Positions 36,995 through 52,005 of a DNA stretch of 64,000 bases are shown here, piece by piece. Position 1 is the stretch's first letter. The number at the start of each line of letters is the position of its first letter. Both the position numbers and the translations under genes were made by a program. The notes beneath the pieces were generated by a model. That model saw only the letters and a list, made by a program, of their open reading frames with translations, had not been told where the DNA came from and searched no databases. This DNA is from Eledone cirrhosa (lineage: Eukaryota): positions 75,950,001 through 76,014,000 of the forward strand of contig OZ024743.1 of the NCBI GenBank assembly GCA_964016885.1. Direction: 5' to 3'.

Positions 36995-38940
36995 GTACAG
37001 GCGGTGGTGGTGGTTGTGTAGGTACAGGTTGTGGTGGTGGTGGTGTGTCAGTACAGGTGGTGGTGGTGGTGGTGTCCCAGTACAGGTGCTGGTGGTGGTG
37101 GTGTGTCAGTACAGGTGGTGGTGGTGGTGGTGTGTCAGTACAGGTGGTGGTGGTGGTGTGTCAGTACAGGTGCTGGTGGTGGTGGTGGTGGTGTCCCAGT
37201 ACAGGTGCTGGTGGTGGTGTGTCAGTACAGGTGCTGGTGGTGGTGTGTCAGTACAGGTGGTGGTGGTGGTGGTGGTGGTGTCCCAGTACAGGTTCTCCTG
37301 TTAGAGGTGGTAAGAAGTGTCGTATGTGTTAAAAGCGGTTTAGTGGTGTTGAGTCAGTAGGTGATGTGACGGCTAGATAGCCTAGCTGGTGGTACAACTA
37401 GATAGAGTGATGTGACGGCTAGATAGCCTAGCTGGTGGTAGAGCTAGATAGAGTGATGTGACGGCTAGATAGCCTAGCTAGTGGTACAACTAGATAGAGT
37501 GATGTGACGGCTAGATAGCCTAGCTGGTGGTAGAGCTAGATAGAGTGATGTGACGGCTAGATAGCCTAGCTGGTGGTAGAACTAGATAGAGGTGAAGTGA
37601 CGGCTAGATAGCCTAGCTGGTGGTTGGACTAGATAGAGGTGAAGTGACGACTAAATAGCCTAGCTGGTGGTTGGACTAGATAGAGTGATGTGACGGCTGG
37701 ATAGCCTAGCTGGTAGTAGAACTAGATAGAGTGATGTGACGGCTAAATAGCCTAGCTGGTGGTAGGATTAGATAGAGGTGAAGTGACAGCTAAATAGCCT
37801 AGCTGGTGGTAGGACTGGCTTGGAGTTAGACCAGAACTGACGTGGTGTTAGACCAGAGGTGGCGTGGAGTTAGACCGGAGGTGGCGTGGAGTTAGACCAG
37901 AACTGGCGTGGAGTTAGACCAGGGGTGGCGTGGAGTTAGACCGGAGGTGGCGTGGAGTTAGACCAGGGGTGGCGTGGAGTTAGACCAGAGGTGGCGTGGA
38001 GTTAGACCAGAGGTGGCGTGGAGTTAGACCAGAGGTGGCGTGGAGTTAGACCAGGGGTGGCGTGGAGTTAGACCAGAGGTGGCGTGGAGTTAGACCAGAG
38101 GTGGCGTGGAGTTAGACCAGAGGTGGCGTGGAGTTAGACCAGAAGTGGCGTGGAGTTAGACCAGAGGTGGCGTGGAGTTAGACCAGAGGTGGCGTGGAGT
38201 TAGACCAGAGGTGGCGTGGAGTTAGATCAAGGGTGACGTGGGGTTAGACCAGAGGTGGCGTGGAGTTAGACCAGAGGTGGCGTGGAGTTAGACCAGAGGT
38301 GGCGTGGAGTTAGACCAGGGGTGGCGTGGAGTTAGACCGAGGTGGCGTGGAGTTAGACCAGAGGTGGCGTGGGGTTAGACCAGAGATTGTGTGGTGCTAG
38401 TTGGATGTGGTAGGGGCCTTGTGTGGGGGTGATGTGGTTGGTGCTAGATAAATCAGAAATGGCGTAGCGTGGCGTGCCGTGGCGGGGTGTGGCGTGGGGT
38501 GGCGTGGAGTGGCTTGGAGTGGCGTGGAGTGGCATGGGGTGGCGTGGAGTGCCGTAGCGTGGCTCGGCGTGGCGTGGGGTGGCGTTGAGTGCCGTAGCGT
38601 GGCTCGGCGTGGCGTGGGGTGGTGTGGAGTGCCGTAGCGTGGCTCGGCGTGGCGTGGGGTGGTGTGGAGTGCCGTAGCGTGGCTCGGCGTGGCATGGGGT
38701 GGCGTGGAGTACCGTAGCGTGGCTCGGCGTGACGTGGAGTTGCGTTCCGTAGCGTGGCTCGGCGTGGTGTGGCATGGCGTGGGTTGGAGTGTCATGGCGC
38801 GGTATGCCGTAGCGTGGCTTGGAATGGCGTGGTGTGGCGTACGGTAGTGTGGGTTGGCTTGGCGTGCCGGTGGGTGGAGTGCCGTAGCATGGCGTAGCGT
38901 GGTGTGGCGTGCCGTGGCGAGGAGTGGCGTGGTGTGGTGC
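36995..38940. repeat. Cluster of four G-rich minisatellites
   Basis: cagtacaggt(ggt)n at 37000-37293; 46-bp unit at 37361-37818; 22-bp ggcgtggagttagaccagaggt at ~37820-38385; pentamer-based 40-bp unit at 38460-38940. Confidence 0.9.
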
Positions 38941-39164
38941 ATGAGGCAACGTTGTGGGCAGAGCTGGGCCGGTGCTAGAAAGTAGGTGGCGATGGTGGTT
39001 CTACCTCCTCTCTGAGATAACAGTATATCCACTACTATATGTTATACTGGTACCACAACTGGCTTCCATTTCAACTCCGATGCTTTTCCATAACTACATT
39101 GTCCTCTTTCACTATACTATATCTCTGTAAGTTACTTCTTATTGTTACTTGTTATATTTCGTTG

Positions 39165-39203
<39 letters not shown>

Positions 39204-39432
39204 CAGACACAGAAACACACAGACACAGGCACACACACACATACACAAAGAGACACACACACACGTACATAAACACACACACACATATACACACGCATAC
39301 ACGTACACAGATACAGACACACACAGACACTCACACACAGACACACATACATGTATATGCACATTCATACATACATACATGCATGCCCATACGTATATAT
39401 ACACATACATATGTGAATACATTCATGTATTT

Positions 39433-39472
<40 letters not shown>

Positions 39473-39669
39473 ATATGTATATATGTGTGCATGTATGTAT
39501 TTATGAATGTATATATGTATGTGTATGTATATAGGTATGTATGCATGTATATATATATAAACACATGTATATTTTATCGATCAACTTTCGTCAAATCGGA
39601 GCGAGGAAACAATGTTTCCATTGGTATTTCTTGTTGCTAGTACTATCTATCGGTCGCAACTCCAGGTAG

Positions 39670-39790
39670 AAGGAGCAACGTGAAATAAAGTGTCTTGCTC
39701 AAGGACATAACGCATCGCCCGGTCCTCGTATCGAACTCACAACCTCAAAATTGTGAATCCGATTCTTTAACCACTCAGCCACACGCTTTC
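39670..39790 (-). mobile_element. CORE-type SINE 5' fragment
   Basis: Same head and core as 31880-32176. Confidence 0.65.
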
Positions 39791-39819
39791 ACACATGTAT
39801 ATACACACAAACACATATA

Positions 39820-40269
<450 letters not shown>

Positions 40270-40599
40270 GAGGTTATATTTAATTTGTTGGGATACAACA
40301 ACCTTAAAAATATTTTTATAACTGATATAAAGCACTCAACAGTTTATTGGAATAAATATACTGTATATATACTATATATATATATATATATATATATATT
40401 GGTTGCTTGTTTAAGGAAGATGAGGTACATTCAAATGCAATGACTAACAACAAATAACCAGGAGATTACAAGAGGAAAACCAGAAAAATGGAATCAATTG
40501 AAATATAAGATGACTGTAACTTCGAAATTTCGTAATTTCAGTCACTTTCCATTCCATGAACATAATGTGTGTGTGTGTGTGTGTGTGTGTGAGTGTGTG

Positions 40600-41270
40600 T
40601 GATATATATATATAGTGCGTATGTATTTGTGACATAATATATATATAGTGCGTATGTGTGTGTGTGATATAATATATATATAGTGCATGTGTGTGTGTGT
40701 GATATAATATATATATATAGTGCGTATGTGTGTGTGTGATATCATATATATAGTGCGTGTGTGTGTGTGTGTGTGATATAATATATATATATAGTACGTG
40801 TATGTGTGTGTGTGTGTGATATAATATATATAGTGTGTGTGTGATATAATATATATATAAAGTGTGTGTGTGTGATATAATATATATAGTGCATGTGTGT
40901 GTGTGATATAATATATATAGTGTGTACATGTGTGTGTGTGATATAATATATATATAGTGTGAGTGTGTGTGATATAATATATATAGTGTGTTTGTGATAT
41001 AATATATATATAGTGTGTGTGTGTGATATAATATATATAGTGTGTGTGTGTGTGATATAATATATAGTGTGTACATGTGTGTGTATGATATAATATATAT
41101 ATAGTGTGAGTGTGTGTGATATAATATATATAGTGTGTGTGTGATATAATATATATATAGTGTGTGTGTGTGATATAATATATATAGTGTGTGTGTGTGT
41201 GATATAATATATATATAGTGTGTGTGTGTGATATAATATATATAGTGTGTGTGTGTGTGTGATATAACAT
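40600..41270. repeat. Compound minisatellite gatataa(ta)n(gt)n
   Basis: Repeating units of about 25-33 bp. Confidence 0.85.
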
Positions 41271-41474
41271 TTTTAAATACTAATTCGCGAGAGAATAGTA
41301 TTTAAAAATGTTATATACACACAACCACACATATATACAAACGTGAGCATACACATCCATACACATGCTTATAAAGTGTGTGTATATATAAATTGTGTGT
41401 GTGTGTATATATATATATATATCTACACACATATATATATATATACATATACATATACATATTTATAGATATAC

Positions 41475-41578
<104 letters not shown>

Positions 41579-41939
41579 ATATAAATACATATACATGTTC
41601 ATAAACTATGTATATATATATGTACACACACATATATATACATATATGTGTGTGTGTATGTATACATACATATATATTTATATGTATGTATACATACACA
41701 CACACAAACACATATATACATAGATATATATATTTATATGTGTGTACACAATTACACACACACACACACATATATATATACATATATATATATTTATATA
41801 TATGTATACATACACACACACACATGCATATATAAACATATATACATATTTATATGTATGTATACATACACACACACATATATACATATATATATATATA
41901 TATTTATATGTATGTATACACACATACACACACACACAG

Positions 41940-41973
<34 letters not shown>

Positions 41974-42700
41974 ACACACACAAACACACATCTATATATA
42001 TATATAGATGTTTTGTTCATTTGCTTCTGTCTTTTGGCCTTTTTATTTACATTTTAAGTTTGTTATTGATGAGAGGAAAACTTCATCATTGCAAAGAATA
42101 ACATTGATTTGTGCGCATGCGTACTGACGTGTATATAATTGTAAATATCTCACCTCTGATCTGACAGACGTATAGCTAGACACCTTCCAACCGTGACCAT
42201 TCTTTTGGATCCAATGTATCCTTCTATTTTTTTAGACGGTGCTGTGTAATTTGGCTGCTATTTCTAGCATGTCAAGCGGTCGTGTACAGGATCTCACTTT
42301 CATTCATAACCTGTCGGACTGTTTGTGTTACGTAACCGTGTCTATATATCTGTGTATATATGTGGATGTGTGTATATATTTGTGCATGTGTGTATGTGTT
42401 TGACTGCGTGTGTATATGTGTGTTTGTGTTTGTGTGTTTGTGTGTGTGTGTATATGTGTGTTTGTCTGTGCATATGTGTATGTATGTGTGTGTGTGTGTA
42501 TGTGCGTTTGTTTGTGTGTGTGTGTGTGCATGTTTGCTTATGTGTTTGTGTGTATGTTTGTGTAAGTGTTTGTGTGTGTATGCTGTATTTTGTATGTTTG
42601 TATGTGTGTATGTATGTGTGTGTGTATGTGTGTGTATATGTATATATGTGTGTATGTATGTGTATATATATATAGATATCTATCTATGTGTGTGTGTATG

Positions 42701-42733
<33 letters not shown>

Positions 42734-42821
42734 ATGTGTGTGTATATGTATATATGTGTGTGTGTATGTATGTGTATATATATATAGAGATATCTATCTA
42801 TGTGTGTGTGTGTATGTATGC

Positions 42822-42856
<35 letters not shown>

Positions 42857-42989
42857 ACAGCTGTCATGCAAGGGATGTAATCTAGTATTTTGACCTGGAC
42901 TTGATATTTTATCGACTTCGGAATAACGGAGAGCAAAGTTAAATTCACAACTGCAAGGTATTTTGTGTAACGGTCGAACAACTCTGTAA

Positions 42990-43865
42990 CTTTACCCCCC
43001 CTACTCTTCTTTACCCCCCACTGCCTTTCTTTACCCCCTCTGCCCCTCATCACCCTTCTCCTGCCCTTCTTTATCCCCTCTTCCGTTCTTTACCCCTCTG
43101 TCCTTCTGTACCCTCCGCTGCCCCTTCTTTACCCCCTCTGCCCTTCTCTACCCCCTCTGCCCCTTCTATACCCCCTCTCCTCTTCACTACCCCCTCTGCC
43201 CCTTCTTTACCCCATCTCCTCTACCCTCTCTGTCCCTTCTTTACCCTCTTCTGCCCTTATCTACCCCAGCTCCACTTCTTTACCCCCTCTCCTCTTCTCT
43301 ACCCCTCTCTGTCACTTCTTTACACCCCTCTGCCCTTCTTTATCCCCCTCTGCCCCTTTTTTACCCCCCTCTCCTCTTCTCTACCCCCTCTGTCCCTTCT
43401 TTACTCCCTCTCCTCTTCTCTACCCCCTCTGACCTTCTCTACCCCCCTCTGACCTTCTCTACCCTCCTCTGCCCTTTCTTTACCCCCTCTCCTCTTCTGT
43501 ACCCCCGCTGACCTTCTCTACCCCCTTTGCCCCTTCCTTACCCCCCCCCCCCCCTCTCTGCCCCTTCTTTACCCCCTCTTCTCTTCTCTACCCTTTCTCC
43601 ACTTCCCTACCCCCTCTGCCCTTCTCTACCCCTCTGCCTTTTCTTTACCCCCTCTTCCCCTTCTCTACCCCCATTGCCCTTCTTTACCTCCTCTTCCCTT
43701 CGTTACCCCACGCCCTTCTCTACACCCTCTCCCCTTTACCCCCCTCTGCCCTTCTTTACCCCCCTCTCCCCTTCTTTACCTCCCTCTGCCCTTATTTACC
43801 CCCTGCTCTTCTTTACCCCCTCTGCATTCTTTACCCCCCTCTGCCTTTCTTTACCCCCTCTGCCT
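42990..43865. repeat. Pyrimidine-rich ~20-bp degenerate tandem repeat
   Basis: Variants of ccccctctgcccttctttac. Confidence 0.85.
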
Positions 43866-44011
43866 CTCAATTGCTCCGGGCCCGCTGCAATGGGGCGCCC
43901 CACCAACGACGGCCGTAGCAATTTATTTGTGCCCTCAGCTGGGCTTTTTAGTTTTAGGATGGTTAGATTTTTTAAAATGTGTGTGTATGTTTATATATAT
44001 GTGTGTGCGTG

Positions 44012-44056
<45 letters not shown>

Positions 44057-44809
44057 GTGTGTGTATGTGTAGATTTTTAAAATTTGATGCTTGTGTGTAT
44101 AACTTTTCAATTCCAATTAATTTTGCTTTTGTTTTCTGCTGACCAAAATTTGAGACCTGTTCTTGAGTAATTTGGGGCCGCTTAGTTTAAAAATGGCAAC
44201 ATTTTTTTTCTATGACGTCAAATTTTCACTTGACCAACAAGGAGGGTATACAAAATATCCATGTTCCTGTGATAGCTGAGCGAAAGACATACATGAAAAC
44301 CTGACGTGTTAGGGGGATTAGCTAAACACAACAAGTCGGCAAAAAGTGTGTTAACCAGTGTTATTGATTAGGAATTTGCAGATCTAGGACCGAAGATGCA
44401 CGTTCAGTTTCATACCTCTTATAATTGGAGCAAAGCTACAGGATATGTACCAACCCACCTGCTCTAAAGCATGGCCGAGTCGTGGGGAAAGAACGCAGCT
44501 CCTTAATTAATAAGTTACAAATGGCCGTGACATCCGGAACCTTCAAAATCTGGATGAATGATTGCACTAGGACGACGAAAATGCCCTTGTCTTTACAACC
44601 CTGCCACCGGAAGGGTGGCCGATCATAAATAAGCTCAAAATTAGGAAAAAAAACATACATACGTTGATACACACAAATACACATACATATACGCACATAT
44701 ATATGTACGTACGTACATACATACAAACAAACATACATGCATACATGCATACATACATGCATACATACAAACATACATACATTCATACATGCATACATAC
44801 ATACATACA

Positions 44810-44843
<34 letters not shown>

Positions 44844-44898
44844 CATGCATACATACATACATACATTCATACATGCATACATGCATACATGAATACAT

Positions 44899-45437
44899 GA
44901 TGATGGCTGCCCCCTCGTTATCGAGTATGGCCATTGCACGATATACCATTATTAATAATTATTAATTAATTCTATCGTGCAATACCTGTGCGTAAAGATA
45001 TTTTTTAAAGTGAGGAAGACTGTGCACTGAGCCAATCCCACTCTCTGAGCGATAGTAACTATAACCCGAAAAGAAGAAAAGATCAACATCATCGGTAACT
45101 ACTGAGCCGCAGGTTTTATATCGGAGTTATCCCAGTTTCCTGAGTTGCCTTCTCCTAGAAGAATGCCCTGACAAAGGTTAGGGGTGTCCTTCACTCCCAG
45201 TGGTTTAACCACGCGGTACATGTGTATATACATATTTACACACTTTTGGATGGCTGTTGACTATTATGAGTTCTTCCGCCCTTTGTCAGGTTTTGTTTTT
45301 TGTCCTGAAGGGTGTCCAAAATCACCCTCCTCACCAAGTAAACTTGGTGGGGTTGCTGGTTTAGTCGTCGACGACCCAACCATGCTACAGCTTGTACTGG
45401 GTTACATGTTACCAGTAGCACTCAAGAGTGACCCGAC
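44899..45437 (-). mobile_element. Non-autonomous RTE derivative, family 2, full length (~540 bp)
   Basis: 5' part is homologous to family 1 (gtcgggtcac...ctactggtaacatg...ctaggagaaggcaactc); 3' tail matches 17890-17930. Within (TACA)n. Confidence 0.7.
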
Positions 45438-46304
45438 ATACATACATACATGCATACACACATACATACATATGTAAAAGTTCTAGAATCCAAACGCCTT
45501 AGATCCGAGATTCCTACAGACTTGTAATGACTCGCGGCAATTGAGGGTCAGGTAACCCAGAATATTGTTATAAAACAAATAAATACAGCATTGAGTAATC
45601 CAGTTATGCTTGGATATTGAAAGAACGTATTCCATATAAAATGAAAAAAAACTGTGTATGATGTAATACCGAGAAAAACTTGATCCTCATGGTTTGTTGA
45701 CAAGTTTAACGTCAAATGAGAAAGGTCTAATAAGTTTAGACTTTGAAATATTTCTACTAAACAGTGTAAAAGATATACCACCACCTGACAGAAATTAATG
45801 TTATTTACCACAAAAACTTACACACCCACAGGATATTTTACCATCTAATTCCTCTATTTTTAATTTTTATTTCTAGTTACAAACATTAAACTAAATAAAT
45901 AAGATAACATATCAACATTTTAATATATTTTTTCTGTGTGAAGAGATTATTTTCTTTGTGTTTTAAACTATTCTTACTTTTATATGACTGTCTCTTGCTT
46001 TACACACACATACACATACATTTGAAATATATATTATTCCATGATAAGGGAAGTAACTAACGACAAACATTTTGTAAGCAGCAAATAACCAGTTATGTCC
46101 CTTATCAACACCTTTGTTTAAAGCATGCGCAAACGGAAGTTGATATTAAATTTTGAAAATTAGTGTGAATGATTTAATCCACATCTAAACATTAATCTAA
46201 TGGGATTTGTTCCTGTAACATAAAACTCTGAATATTGAATTGGAAGACTTTACCAGTAAACTGAATAATTTAATGAATATTCCTCGCCATTATATGTATA
46301 GAGT

Positions 46305-46495
46305 GCGGTAGTTTGGCAGTATAGGTAGAGCGTCAGACACCATGCTTTGCAGCAAAGAGTTACGTCCCTTTATGGTCTGAGTTCAAATCCCGCCGAGGTT
46401 AACTTTGCCTTTCATCCTTACGGGACGGGGTCGATAAAATATAGTACCAGTAATGCACTAGGATAACTTCTGGCCTTGTCCCAGAAATGAAATAA
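46305..46495 (+). mobile_element. Nin-domain tRNA SINE
   Basis: Same head and body as 34224-34400. More degenerate copies at ~42880-42990 (-) and ~55490-55650 (+). Confidence 0.75.
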
Positions 46496-46676
46496 TTATA
46501 TGTATAGAGTAGATTGGCATGTAGAGAGGGGGGCGTTCATTTAATAGAGGGTTCGGGTTCAATCTCTGTCACTACTAATCATTCCCTGGTTTACTTCTGG
46601 GTGGCTATGACAACGACTGACTGAAAACACAGTCAGATTTTATACACATATACACATGTGTGAGTGAATGTATGTA

Positions 46677-46714
<38 letters not shown>

Positions 46715-46770
46715 TATATGTAGTTACAACTTCGATTTATACCTGATATATATATATATATATATATACG

Positions 46771-46910
<140 letters not shown>

Positions 46911-47052
46911 CAAGAATGAAGGGTTCATTCTACTGACATGGTTATAAAATTGAGGCTTGTTTGCATAATTGCAAACGAATCGAATGTTATTATTAATATT
47001 CGAAAAACTCAGATTACATTTATTGTATTCAGCCATGTAGAGCGAAATTTTT

Positions 47053-47112
<60 letters not shown>

Positions 47113-48029
47113 GAGACGTATAGAGATTGTTTTAGCAAGAAGCTAACGGCATTCTATAACATATATGCGACTATAACGTCAAGATGGGAAAAGTAGTTAA
47201 CGAAAGATTTAGGAAAAATAACTCAAACTCATCTCAAAAGAGAATCAGGATACAAATTCATCCACAGAATTTAGTAAAATCCATGGAAAAATCTATAGAC
47301 CTTTAACTCATGATAAAACAAAGTTTGAAACACTTATCCTTCAATTTGGAATAACATCAAATGCTCTGTATAGTCTTAAAAGACTATTTCATGAAAACTT
47401 TCAGTGGAGATGGTCACGGTTGGAATATCATTCATCAGCAGAGCTCAACAGAAAACCAGGGCTCTCACAGTAATATAGTCCGAAAAAGGGAATTCTAAAA
47501 CTGGCTAGTTCGCCTTCATGTGTATTTATGAAAAAGCACATGAGGAAAAAACGGGGCTAGTGACGTCAGGATGGAAGTGAATGTTTATTTACAAGAAATA
47601 GCAGTCAAATACATTCTGAAAAAACTCTACAAGGAGTTCAGCAAAATAGCAATAATTATCACAGTTTTTATGAAAAAAACCGGGATTAGTCACAGATAGT
47701 TTAAGCACTCTAGGAAAAGAATCCGAGTATAAATATAAATATATATATATATATATGAAAGATTCAGGACCCCGACGGCTGAGCTCTGGCCGTTTCAACA
47801 GCTAGATAAGTATCGAGTACTCTGTTGGGTAATGGTCTAACTGGTTTTTACCACCTCCAATCTGATATATATATATATAAGTATATAGTAATAATAATAA
47901 AATTGAAGACTAAAATCCAAAGAGGGCTCGATAAGGAAAATATATATCAAATATATAAGAACCGTAGAGATAAATATATAAGTATATATAAAATGTGAGC
48001 GAGTGTGGTTTTGTGTTTGTGAGTATGTG

Positions 48030-48229
48030 NNNNNNNNNNNNNNNNNNNNNNNNNNNNNNNNNNNNNNNNNNNNNNNNNNNNNNNNNNNNNNNNNNNNNNN
48101 NNNNNNNNNNNNNNNNNNNNNNNNNNNNNNNNNNNNNNNNNNNNNNNNNNNNNNNNNNNNNNNNNNNNNNNNNNNNNNNNNNNNNNNNNNNNNNNNNNNN
48201 NNNNNNNNNNNNNNNNNNNNNNNNNNNNN
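48030..48229. other. Assembly gap (200 N)
   Basis: Run of N. Confidence 1.
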
Positions 48230-48590
48230 GTGTACTGAAGAATGACGTGTATTGTGGTTTTCAGTGTCACATTCACAAGAGTTCACCGTCTGTAGAAGCT
48301 GTGGGTGTGGCTAGTCTAAAGATACCAATAAATTTCTCCGTTGTATGACTGAGAAGGAGGGAGAGGGGGAGTGGTAGGAGGAGGGGGTGAGGGAAGGAGG
48401 CTGGTTACATCTAGTTTTATTATGAAATCTGTCTCACACTGTAAATGTCTGTAGCTATTTAGTGAGATCATTGGCCTAATACTCGACATCTGTTATGGCT
48501 GTTTGTTTTATTTCCAACACACTAATAGATATCCAGATATTTTTCATACCTCTGTCTCTCTCTCTTTCTACACACACACACACACACATA

Positions 48591-48652
<62 letters not shown>

Positions 48653-48671
48653 TTGATATATATATATATAT

Positions 48672-48885
48672 ATAACGGAGGAAATGTGGTAAGGAACCAG
48701 GTGGACCATAACGCACCAAAGTACTCAATACTTAGGGTAGTAGAGTGGGTAATAGGAACGAGTAGGACCCCGACAGCTGAGCTCAAGCCGTTTCGACGGC
48801 TAATTCTGGACTAATCCAGATTCTGGATTAGTCCAGAATTAGCCGTCGAAACGGCTTGAGCTCAGCCGTCGGGGTCCTACTTGTT

Positions 48886-48890
<5 letters not shown>
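48672..48890. mobile_element. Family A fragment with fold-back palindrome
   Basis: Palindrome 48752-48890 centred near 48821; between (TA)n tracts. Confidence 0.65.
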
Positions 48891-48939
<49 letters not shown>

Positions 48940-48980
48940 CGAAACATAAGTCAATTGCATGAACTCATAATCCTTTATTT

Positions 48981-49036
48981 ACTGCTATATATATTTCGAT
49001 GATAGCCATTGAATGGCTATGACCTCATCAGGCAGT
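48981..49036 (-). ncRNA. Type I hammerhead ribozyme
   Basis: acugc CUGAUGA gg ucauagccauucaauggcuauca uc GAAA uauaua UA gcagu; 5-bp stem I, extended stem II, palindromic stem III. Confidence 0.8.
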
Positions 49037-49172
49037 TAGTCAGTTCTTAAATATGCCAGCTCTGTGTTTATGGTGTTGATGGTATCAGAGCCTTGGGACA
49101 TATATGAAATATTATATATATATATATATATACTCTTTTACTCTTTTACCTGTTCCAGCCATCCGGCTGAGA

Positions 49173-49228
<56 letters not shown>

Positions 49229-49289
49229 CATATGCCCGTCTGTCTATCTATCTATTTATCTTTCTTTTTATCTACCTCTTTATATATAT

Positions 49290-49400
<111 letters not shown>

Positions 49401-49550
49401 GACACACACATATATATATGTTTCCGTTTAATTCGGTTTCTATTTATTTTCACTTCATGTTTTTTATATATTTTTATATGTATTTTCCCCGTCCTATCAT
49501 GTTTTTTACCGCTAACTCTCCCTTCACTCCCTCTCGGAGCTCCTCCCCCC

Positions 49551-49592
49551 ACTCTCTTGATGAAGAACTTATGTCCGAAACGTCGTAAACAA
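49551..49592 (+). ncRNA. Degenerate hammerhead motif
   Basis: ttgatga agaacttatgtcc gaaacgtcgta. Downstream sequence resembles the flank of the 10513 HHR; stem I is poor. Confidence 0.4.
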
Positions 49593-49671
49593 CACCCCCT
49601 CCTCACTTTTACCAAGCGTGAAGCTAATAACACCGTGTACCATTTACTCCTGCGTTTGTTTGTTTATCTCG

Positions 49672-49746
<75 letters not shown>

Positions 49747-51175
49747 TATTTATATATATGTGTGTGGGTATGTGGGTGTGTGGATGGGTGTATGTATGTG
49801 TGTAGGTGTGTATCTGTGTGTGTATGTGAGTGTGTGTGTATGTGTGATATATATATATATACATATATATATTATTTATACTTATATATACACTATATAT
49901 AATTATAAACAGGAAAGGTCAGTAATTCGTTACTACCTTATTACCAGTAAGAAAAATAGCTCAATGTAAATACGTCAGATGTTTTACAGAGCCGGAACAA
50001 TTCTCACACTACATCCACCATAAACTTCATAGAAACTGCTTTTCATACCCAAACATCTCTGTCTGCTTAATATGCTTTTATACCTGTATTCTATTATGTG
50101 ATACCTTTGCCATACTGTGATATATATGCTTAGTATCATTGCTTGTTTATTACCTGATTATGCTGTACATGCCTGACACATCTGCACTCTTTCTATACGC
50201 TTGCATATGTACTACTAATGTCCACGTTTTGCGAGTAACTTTCTTCTTTAATTCCTCTATAATTGTTGTATTATTCTTTTATAATATTTATCGCACCCAT
50301 TGACACTGGCCACATCATCTTCACTCTTTAAATATGACACTGTTAATGACAACACTAACATCTATGTATCTTTATGATTGTTCTGTGGAATAGGAGGTTA
50401 ATTATATGTCTAAACTTTGCTAGTGCTCCGATGATTCCAAACGAAAGTTTGGAAGAAACGATTGTCAGCAATAAAATCTTTTGAACATAGTTTTGATTAT
50501 TCTGTAATTTATATATATATATATATATACACGAAGCGTTCGCGATATGGAGACCATGAATACCATAGATCAGGGAATAATTCAGGGCATATTTAGGTGC
50601 AGAAATGATATAGAAATGGTATAGAAATGGGAAAATCGCGACGGATGGTCTAATGTGTTTGGGTTGGCCTGAAAACTGGTTAGGTTTGATTAGTGTATTC
50701 ATAGCTAAAATCCATAACGAGGCCAGCCTCATTAAGGGACACAATCTTTTAATTTAGTTGCTTCAATGTCGCCATGACAGGGTAGAATCTTGTCATTCAG
50801 AGTTTATATATAAAATGGTGGTGTGTTGGATAAGCAACTAAACGTGATAGCAAAACTGCACTCATTAAAAATATATAAAATATATCAGTAATAATCCTTC
50901 ATCAGTCAAAAACGTCAGACTTTTACACTCCTTATTGCAAAACAACGTAGACACATACACACACATACACACGCACACATACACACCCAGACAAACACAG
51001 GCACACATATACTCACACATACACACACAGACACACACAGGCACACACAGGCACACAGTAACACGCTCACATACATACATACATACATACATACATACAT
51101 ACATACATACATACATACATACATACATACATGCATGCAAACATACATACATAAAAACATACATACATACATACA

Positions 51176-51680
51176 TTGTGGAAGTTAGCTGCCCAGCAGA
51201 TCCCAATATAATATCAAAGATTAGCGAAAAGGAAAATATTTATGCAGAACTAATGAGAAATCTGCAGATACTCCAACCTGATTATACCTTCAGATTTATA
51301 CCTGTGGTTATTGGGGCACTGGGGTATGTTAGTAACTACCTCAATACAAATCTTGAGAACAGAAAGAACACAACTAGTTAGGAAATTACAAGTACAATCC
51401 ATTAATGGAACAGTAAAAATATGTAAAACATTCCAGAAAGTTTGCATCTAATAACTGCATATACACACGTACAGATACAAAGCGTATACACATGCACACA
51501 TACAACTCAAAACATCCACATCCACACATACAATAACATCCATATCTACACATGCAGACATGTATACATATCTACCGAGTTGATGTTGTGTAAATTCCAA
51601 TGAGAGAGTCTTGTGTCTATGTTAGAAACCGACTCTCTCTCTATTGGCAAACATTTGCGAAATTATAAAACCAGAAGAAC
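51176..51680 (+). mobile_element. R4/Dong-type LINE 3' fragment
   Basis: IVEVSCPADPNIISKISEKENIYAELMRNLQILQPDYTFRFIPVVIGALG; (TACA)n on both sides. Confidence 0.8.
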
Positions 51681-51837
51681 ATACATACTTTTCAAATGAA
51701 GAAATAAATCATTTAACATATTGTGTAAATATAATCTCTAAACGGAAACCCTTTTCTGGTATTCAACATGTAAATCTTTGCTTTTGTTGATATGACATTT
51801 CCAATGAGGATGTTTCTTAGTTAGAAATAAGTCCATT

Positions 51838-52005
51838 ACGAGGTTCACTCAAGAGCTTTTGAGACTTTTATCAGAGAGACATTTATTTAACTCAGATCAA
51901 TCCAAAACTCTAGTCTCCATCAATGAAGGATCCTTCAACTTCAATGCATTTGTTGTAGCGCTCCAGCCACCTTTGGAAGGCCCCATTGTAGTCCTCCAAA
52001 GTGAA
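51838..52005 (-). mobile_element. mariner transposon 3' remnant
   Basis: EDYNGAFQRWLERYNKCIEVEGSFIDGD* matches the mariner transposase C-terminus; terminal TA-CGAGG typical of mariner TIRs. Confidence 0.7.

Noticed and set aside
45548-45811. Candidate host exon or ORF in unique-looking sequence
   Set aside because: No recognisable homology; cannot be supported without RNA-seq.
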